From the NCBI GenBank assembly GCA_013140495.1, contig JABFSR010000014.1, forward strand, positions 3,880 through 67,879: DNA of 64,000 bases, read 5' to 3'. The stretch is from Verrucomicrobiota bacterium. GTDB taxonomy: Bacteria > Verrucomicrobiota > Verrucomicrobiia > Limisphaerales > JADLHS01. The translations under genes were made by a program, and so were the position numbers. Positions 59,492-64,000 of the stretch are shown piece by piece (position 1 is the stretch's first letter; every line of letters begins with the position of its first letter). The notes under the pieces were generated by a model. That model searched no databases. It saw nothing but the letters and a program-made list of their open reading frames with translations, and was not told the origin of the DNA.

Positions 59492-62191
59492 ATGAATGAA
59501 AAGCATCCACGCGAAGATGCGATCTTCGAGGGTGCGCTGCAACTGTCGCCGGAGCAGCGGGAGGCTTATCTACAAGCCGCGTGTGGCGGCGACGTCACGC
59601 TGAGGGAGCGGATTCGCGACCTGATTCGCTTCCACGAAAAGAGTGACGGCCCGCTCGAAACACCCGCCGTCGCCTCACCACCGAATGCGCCCATCGTCCC
59701 CAGCTTGCCAGCGGGTGAAAAGCCGGGTGATAAAATCGGAAATTACAAAATCCTCCAGCTCATCGGCGAGGGCGGCTGCGGCTCCGTTTTCATGGCCGAG
59801 CAGGAACAACCCGTCCGCCGCCGCGTCGCGCTCAAGGTCATCAAACTGGGCATGGACACCAAGAACGTCATCGCGCGCTTCGAAGCCGAGCGGCAGGCGC
59901 TGGCGCTCATGGATCACCCGAACATTGCGAAAGTTATTGACGCAGGCGCGACGGAAACCGGTCGTCCCTTTTTTGTGATGGAACAGGTGAGAGGCATCAA
60001 GATCACCGAATATTGCGACCAGAACAATTTGTCCACCAACGAACGCCTGAAGCTCTTCAAGGAGGTGTGCCAAGCCATTCAACACGCTCATCAAAAAGGC
60101 ATCATCCACCGGGACATCAAACCGTCGAACATCCTTGTTACGCAGCACGACGGCGTGCCGGTGCCGAAAGTGATTGATTTCGGCATCGCCAAGGCGACGG
60201 GCCAGCGGCTGACGGACAAGACGGTGTTCACGGAGTTCGATCAATTCATCGGCACGCCCGCTTACATGAGTCCCGAACAAGCGGAGATAAGCGGGCAGGA
60301 CATCGACACACGCAGCGACGTCTATTCACTCGGGGTGCTGCTCTACGAACTGCTGACTAGCCGGACGCCCTTTGATGCCAGGGAACTCATGAAGGTCGGG
60401 CTGGATGCGATGCGCCGGGCAATCCGCGAAATTGAACCGCAGCGACCCTCGACCCGCCTGAGCACGATGCAGGACGCAGACCTCACCACCATCGCGCGCC
60501 AGCGCCACGCGGCGACGCAAAAACTCATCCAACTCATCCGGGGCGATCTGGATTGGATCGTGATGAAGTCGCTCGAAAAAAACCGCACCCGTCGCTACGA
60601 AACCGCGAGCAGTTTTGCCGGGGATATCGAACACTTTTTGAACAATGAGCCGGTCGTCGCCCGACCACCCACCGCACTCTATCGATTTCAAAAACTCGTC
60701 CGACGCAACCAGGTGGTTTTCATCGCTGCCACCGCCGTGGCCATCGCAATTATCGCCGGCCTGGTGGTTTCCACGTCGCTGTATTACCGCGAACAAGCCG
60801 CGCGACGCGACGCCGACCGGGAAGCGCAGCGCAGCCGGCAGGTTGCCCTCTTCCTGGAGGACATGCTCAAAGGCGTCGGACCGGGCGTCGCGCTGGGACG
60901 CGACACAACGCTGTTGCGTGAAATTCTCGACAAAACCCTGGCGCGCGTGACGAACGACCTGAAGGATCAGCCGGAAGTGCAGGCCGAAATCTGCAACACG
61001 CTCGGTGAGGTCTATCGCGCCCTCGGCCAGTCCGGCAAGGCGGAACAACTGCATCGCAACGCGCGATCGTTGCTGGATCTCACGCGCGGTGCAAAACACC
61101 GCGACGTGGCCGTTTCCCTCAACGATCTGGCGCTGGTGCTGCGCGATCAGGGCAAGTTCCCCGAAGCCGAGGCGTTGCAACGCGAAGCGCTCGAACTGCG
61201 TCGCAAACATTATGGCAACGAACACGCCAAAGTCGCCGAATCACTTAATAATCTGGCACTGGTGCTGCGCAGCGAAGGCAGGTTGGCCGAAGCCGAAAGG
61301 CTTCATCGCGACGCGCTGGTGATGGAACTGAAGTTGTTCAGTCATGACCACCTGGCCGTCGCCACTTCGCTGAACAATCTTGCCCTCGCACTGGATGCCG
61401 AAGGCAAACCCACCGACGCCGAGCGATGCCTCCGCGAATCACTCGACATTCAGAAAAAACTGCTGGGCGACGATCAGCCCGGCCTCGCCATCACGCTCGA
61501 CAACCTGGCCTTCGTGTTGCGGGAGGAGGGCAAGCTGGACGAAGCGGAAACCTTGGAGCGCCAGTCACTCGCGATGCAGCGGAAAATCTTCGGCCCGGAG
61601 TATCCATCCGTCGCCACCGCCATCAACAATCTTGGATTGATCCTGGCCGCTCAAGGCAAAACCGTCGAAGCGGAAAAACTGCTCCGCGAAGCTCTGGCGC
61701 AACGCCGTAAACTGCTCGGCCCGGAGCATCCCGAACTGGCCGCCTCCCTCCACCATGTGGCGGCACTGATACGCGTCGAAAAAAAACTGGACGAAGCCGG
61801 GCGACTGGAGCGCGAGGCGCTGGCCATGCGCAAAATGTTATTTGGCGAAGAACATCCCGCCGTCGCAGATTCGCTCAACAACCTCGCGCTCATCCGACAG
61901 GATGAACACAAGCTGACCGAGGCCGAGAGTTTGTTCCAGGAAGCGGCGGCGATGCAGAAAAAGTTTTTGGGCAACGACCATCCCAGCCTGGCGGCAACCC
62001 TCAACAACTTGGCGCTCGTGCTGCTTGAGGAAGGGAAATTTAGCGAATCCGAAGCCAGCCTCCGGCGGATGCTGGATATCCGGCGGAAACATTTTGGTGA
62101 CGACCATCCTTCCGTGACCGCTGCATGGCTCGAACTGACCAATGTGCTCGCGCTGGAGCGGAAATCGGGCAAGGGCGGAGGCAATCCGTGA
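59492..62191 (+). CDS. Ser/Thr protein kinase with a TM segment and C-terminal TPR repeats
   Basis: IGEGGCGSVFMA, VALKVIK, HRDIKPSNILV, DFGIAK, GTPAYMSPEQ. TM VVFIAATAVAIAIIAGLVV. At least 9 TPR_12-like units (SLNNLALVLRSEGRLAEAERLHRDAL...). Confidence 0.9.
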   Translation: MNEKHPREDAIFEGALQLSPEQREAYLQAACGGDVTLRERIRDLIRFHEKSDGPLETPAVASPPNAPIVPSLPAGEKPGDKIGNYKILQLIGEGGCGSVFMAEQEQPVRRRVALKVIKLGMDTKNVIARFEAERQALALMDHPNIAKVIDAGATETGRPFFVMEQVRGIKITEYCDQNNLSTNERLKLFKEVCQAIQHAHQKGIIHRDIKPSNILVTQHDGVPVPKVIDFGIAKATGQRLTDKTVFTEFDQFIGTPAYMSPEQAEISGQDIDTRSDVYSLGVLLYELLTSRTPFDARELMKVGLDAMRRAIREIEPQRPSTRLSTMQDADLTTIARQRHAATQKLIQLIRGDLDWIVMKSLEKNRTRRYETASSFAGDIEHFLNNEPVVARPPTALYRFQKLVRRNQVVFIAATAVAIAIIAGLVVSTSLYYREQAARRDADREAQRSRQVALFLEDMLKGVGPGVALGRDTTLLREILDKTLARVTNDLKDQPEVQAEICNTLGEVYRALGQSGKAEQLHRNARSLLDLTRGAKHRDVAVSLNDLALVLRDQGKFPEAEALQREALELRRKHYGNEHAKVAESLNNLALVLRSEGRLAEAERLHRDALVMELKLFSHDHLAVATSLNNLALALDAEGKPTDAERCLRESLDIQKKLLGDDQPGLAITLDNLAFVLREEGKLDEAETLERQSLAMQRKIFGPEYPSVATAINNLGLILAAQGKTVEAEKLLREALAQRRKLLGPEHPELAASLHHVAALIRVEKKLDEAGRLEREALAMRKMLFGEEHPAVADSLNNLALIRQDEHKLTEAESLFQEAAAMQKKFLGNDHPSLAATLNNLALVLLEEGKFSESEASLRRMLDIRRKHFGDDHPSVTAAWLELTNVLALERKSGKGGGNP

Positions 62192-62778
62192 ATGATTCCG
62201 AAGCCAACGCCGGCGAAGTCACGCGAATTCTTTCCGCCATTCAGAACGGAAATGCCCAGGCTGCCAAAGAATTGCTTCCGCTGGTTTACGACGAGTTGCG
62301 CCGGCTGGCGGCGTTTAAGATGGCGCACGAACCTCCCGGCCAGACTTTGCAACCCACCGCGCTGGTTCATGAAGCCTGGCTGCGACTCGGCGGCCACGAA
62401 AATCAGGCATGGAACGGACGCCCGCATTTTTTCGGGGCGGCGGCCGAGGCGATGCGCCGCATCCTCATCGACAACGCCCGGCGCAAACGCGCACTGCGCC
62501 ACGGCGGCGGACAGCAGCGGATCGATGTTCAGGAAATTGAGATCGCGGTGGACGTGAGGGACGATGACCTGCTGGAGGTGAACGCGGCGCTGGAGCGGTT
62601 CGCCGCGCAAGACAGACAAAAGGCGGAACTGGTCAAGTTGCGTTACTTCACCGGACTCACCGTTGACGAGGCGGCCGAAATTCTGAGTATTTCAGCGCCG
62701 ACGGCCAAACGCTGGTGGGCTTATGCCCGCGCCTGGCTGCACAAGGAAATCGAGGACCAAAAAAGCGGTCGCGGTTGA
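62188..62778 (+). CDS. ECF-type sigma-70 family factor (kinase-associated TIGR02999-like group)
   Basis: GTG start overlaps the kinase TGA (GTGA at 62188-62191). VTRILSAIQNGNAQAAKELLPLVYDELRRLAAFKM, TALVHEAWLRL, VKLRYFTGLTVDEAAEILSISAPTAKRWWAYARAWL. Confidence 0.85.
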   Translation: MNDSEANAGEVTRILSAIQNGNAQAAKELLPLVYDELRRLAAFKMAHEPPGQTLQPTALVHEAWLRLGGHENQAWNGRPHFFGAAAEAMRRILIDNARRKRALRHGGGQQRIDVQEIEIAVDVRDDDLLEVNAALERFAAQDRQKAELVKLRYFTGLTVDEAAEILSISAPTAKRWWAYARAWLHKEIEDQKSGRG

Positions 62779-63062
62779 GCTGACTTGGTAGCGAGCATTC
62801 AGATGGTCGCTATGATGGCCTCGGTGGGCGGCTCTTTTCCGATTCTTGATCCGTTTCATTGGGGAATTTCGCATTGCCAGATGAAACGATTCGTTCATAA
62901 ACCGCCACTTAAAAAGTCATGCCCGGCTTCATCCAACCATCAAACGCCCACCAGTCACGGCGGAAAACTCACTGAATACTTGACCATCATAAATGAAAAT
63001 CAGTTCGTGTAGGAGCTACGCATCACCCGGCATAAAAAAATGTATCAAAGACACCAGGAATC

Positions 63063-63287
63063 ATGCAGCACGATGCCAATCTTGTCGGAAGGAAGATCGC
63101 CAGGTTGCGATACCAGAAGGGCTGGTCGCAAGACATGCTGGTGGCAAAACTTCAGGTTCTGCAATGCAACATCACGCGGGACATTCTCGCGAACATTGAG
63201 CTGCGCCGCAGCGTGGCCACGGACAAACACTGTTGCTTCATTGCCACAGTGTTCAATGTAAATATCGACGAACTATTCCGGCCATGA
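63063..63287 (+). CDS. XRE-family helix-turn-helix regulator (74 aa)
   Basis: GRKIARLRYQKGWSQDMLVAKLQ...ILANIELRRS..D..CFIATVFNVNIDELF fits the Cro/CI-type HTH pattern. Confidence 0.65.
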   Translation: MQHDANLVGRKIARLRYQKGWSQDMLVAKLQVLQCNITRDILANIELRRSVATDKHCCFIATVFNVNIDELFRP

Positions 63288-63387
63288 GGTTGTCCGTAAA
63301 AACTTTCAAAAAAAATCATGGCCCTCCGCCGTAACCAGCTACCATCAGATCAGCAGCTAGACCTGTTCTCAACCCGAAGGCCAAACA

Positions 63388-63639
63388 ATGAAACCACTGA
63401 CACAATACGGCCGGATGGCCGAGAAACACTGGCGCGAACACCGCCCGAAGATGGTGCGCGAACTGGAACAAACGGGACGCCTGCACCAGATGCTTCTGGA
63501 GGCGGAGGAAAAGACGAAGGACGAAATGGCCACGCTGCGAACGGATTTGATGCAGCGGGGATCAACGGCGCAACAGGCGCAGGATCAGGCTTGGGAAATG
63601 GTGAGGGAGAAATACGTCCTGCTCCCGCCCGAAGAATAG
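63388..63639 (+). CDS. Small helical protein (83 aa) typical of conjugative-element accessory regions
   Basis: MKPLTQYGRMAEKHWREHRPKMVRELEQTGRLHQMLLEAEEKTKDEMATLRTDLMQRGSTAQQAQDQAWEMVREKYVLLPPEE. By hand count, GC3 in this frame is clearly higher than in the overlapping frame. Confidence 0.65.
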   Translation: MKPLTQYGRMAEKHWREHRPKMVRELEQTGRLHQMLLEAEEKTKDEMATLRTDLMQRGSTAQQAQDQAWEMVREKYVLLPPEE

Positions 63640-63641
63640 CC

Positions 63642-64000
63642 AAACGGCATCAGGAAGAACCGCCGAAGAATCTCAACAACTACCGCATCACCGAAGCCGA
63701 CCGGCTTGGCGATGGCGGACCAAAGCAAAAGTTTCAGCAGAACCTTGCCGCCATCCGAACGCTGCGAAAGCTTGAATCGGAAGCACGACCCGCGACTGAG
63801 GAAGAAAAAGCGAAGCTCGTCAAATACGTCGGCTGGGGTGCGTTGCCCCAGGTCTTCGATGAATTCAATGTCCTGTGGTTGGAACAGCGCGAGGCGCTTC
63901 GCAAAGAACTGACGAAAGAGGAATACGAGTTCGCCCGTTCAACGACGCTCAACGCGCACTACACCGCGCCCGTCGTCATCGGCTCGATGTATCAGGCATT
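63642..64000 (+). CDS. 5' part of a large conjugative-element methylase/helicase-like (polyvalent) protein. The start codon is unresolved and the ORF runs off the window
   Basis: Not in the ORF track (no stop in the window). Frame-0 translation: AKRHQEEPPKNLNNYRITEADRLGDGGPKQKFQQNLAAIRTLRKLESEARPATEEEKAKLVKYVGWGALPQVFDEF...TLNAHYTAPVVIGSMYQA. The N(Y/F)RIT...LG.GG.K.KF..N..AI..L...R.AT.EE...L..YVGWG pattern recalls the N-termini of plasmid/ICE N6-methylase-SNF2 helicase proteins (from memory). Confidence 0.55.

Larger units (their letters stand above)
41895..64000. mobile_element. Putative integrative/conjugative element or its remnant. Left edge is inferred only, and the right end lies beyond the window
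   Basis: Strand switch from all-minus to mostly plus. Truncated CBM gene at the left. Contains a YhcG nuclease, a T4SS operon, an XRE regulator and a conjugative-type methylase/helicase-like ORF. No integrase, relaxase, att repeats or tRNA seen in the window. Confidence 0.35.

Noticed and set aside
58522-62619. Minus-strand ORFs 58522..59394 (290 aa), 60326..61225 (299 aa) and 61651..62619 (322 aa)
   Set aside because: They are antisense shadows of the secreted repeat protein, the Ser/Thr kinase (with its canonical kinase motifs) and the ECF sigma factor.
63318-63641. Frame-0 extension of the methylase/helicase-like ORF back to ATG 63318 (MALRRNQLPSDQQLDLFS...)
   Set aside because: Through 63388-63639 this frame has clearly lower GC3 (hand count) and G/A/P-rich low complexity. 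The overlapping frame 1 encodes a well-formed helical protein. It is kept as an open question in the findings rather than as a feature.

Overview
GC-rich bacterial chromosome segment. No searches were run, so all family names come from motif recognition by eye. Gene content points to the PVC superphylum, most like Verrucomicrobiota: three prepilin-type H-X9-DG/DUF1559-like proteins, two PEP-CTERM proteins, and giant proteins built from autotransporter-associated beta-strand repeats. Left about 41 kb (1-41 kb): every gene is on the minus strand. Together they form a galactoside / alpha-galactan utilisation island. It holds a beta-propeller/Y_Y_Y sensor (cut by the window edge), a GH99/71-like enzyme, two GH97, one GH95, an NPCBM-GH36 alpha-galactosidase, and a 1305-aa alpha-galactosidase-like fusion protein. 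It also holds a DUF5107-TPR protein, a mutarotase-like protein, an MFS and a Na+/solute sugar transporter, galK-galT, and an AraC regulator flanked by gene remnants. A conserved 39-bp direct-repeat element with 21-bp phasing sits upstream of three of these operons and is a candidate operator. Right about 22 kb (42-64 kb): mobile-element-like. It starts with a YhcG/PDDEXK nuclease, a MORN/YwqK-like protein and a stand-alone ClpB-D2-like AAA+ ATPase. Next comes a tightly coupled 11-gene Trb/VirB-like type IV secretion operon (45.8-55.7 kb) with no VirB11, coupling protein or relaxase in the window. After that come apparent cargo genes (pilin-like protein, secreted repeat protein, TPR Ser/Thr kinase coupled to an ECF sigma factor). 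The window ends with an XRE regulator, a small helical protein and the 5' end of a conjugative-element-type methylase/helicase-like ORF. I saw no rRNA, tRNA or CRISPR array. Many long ORFs in the supplied track are antisense or off-frame shadows typical of GC-rich DNA.
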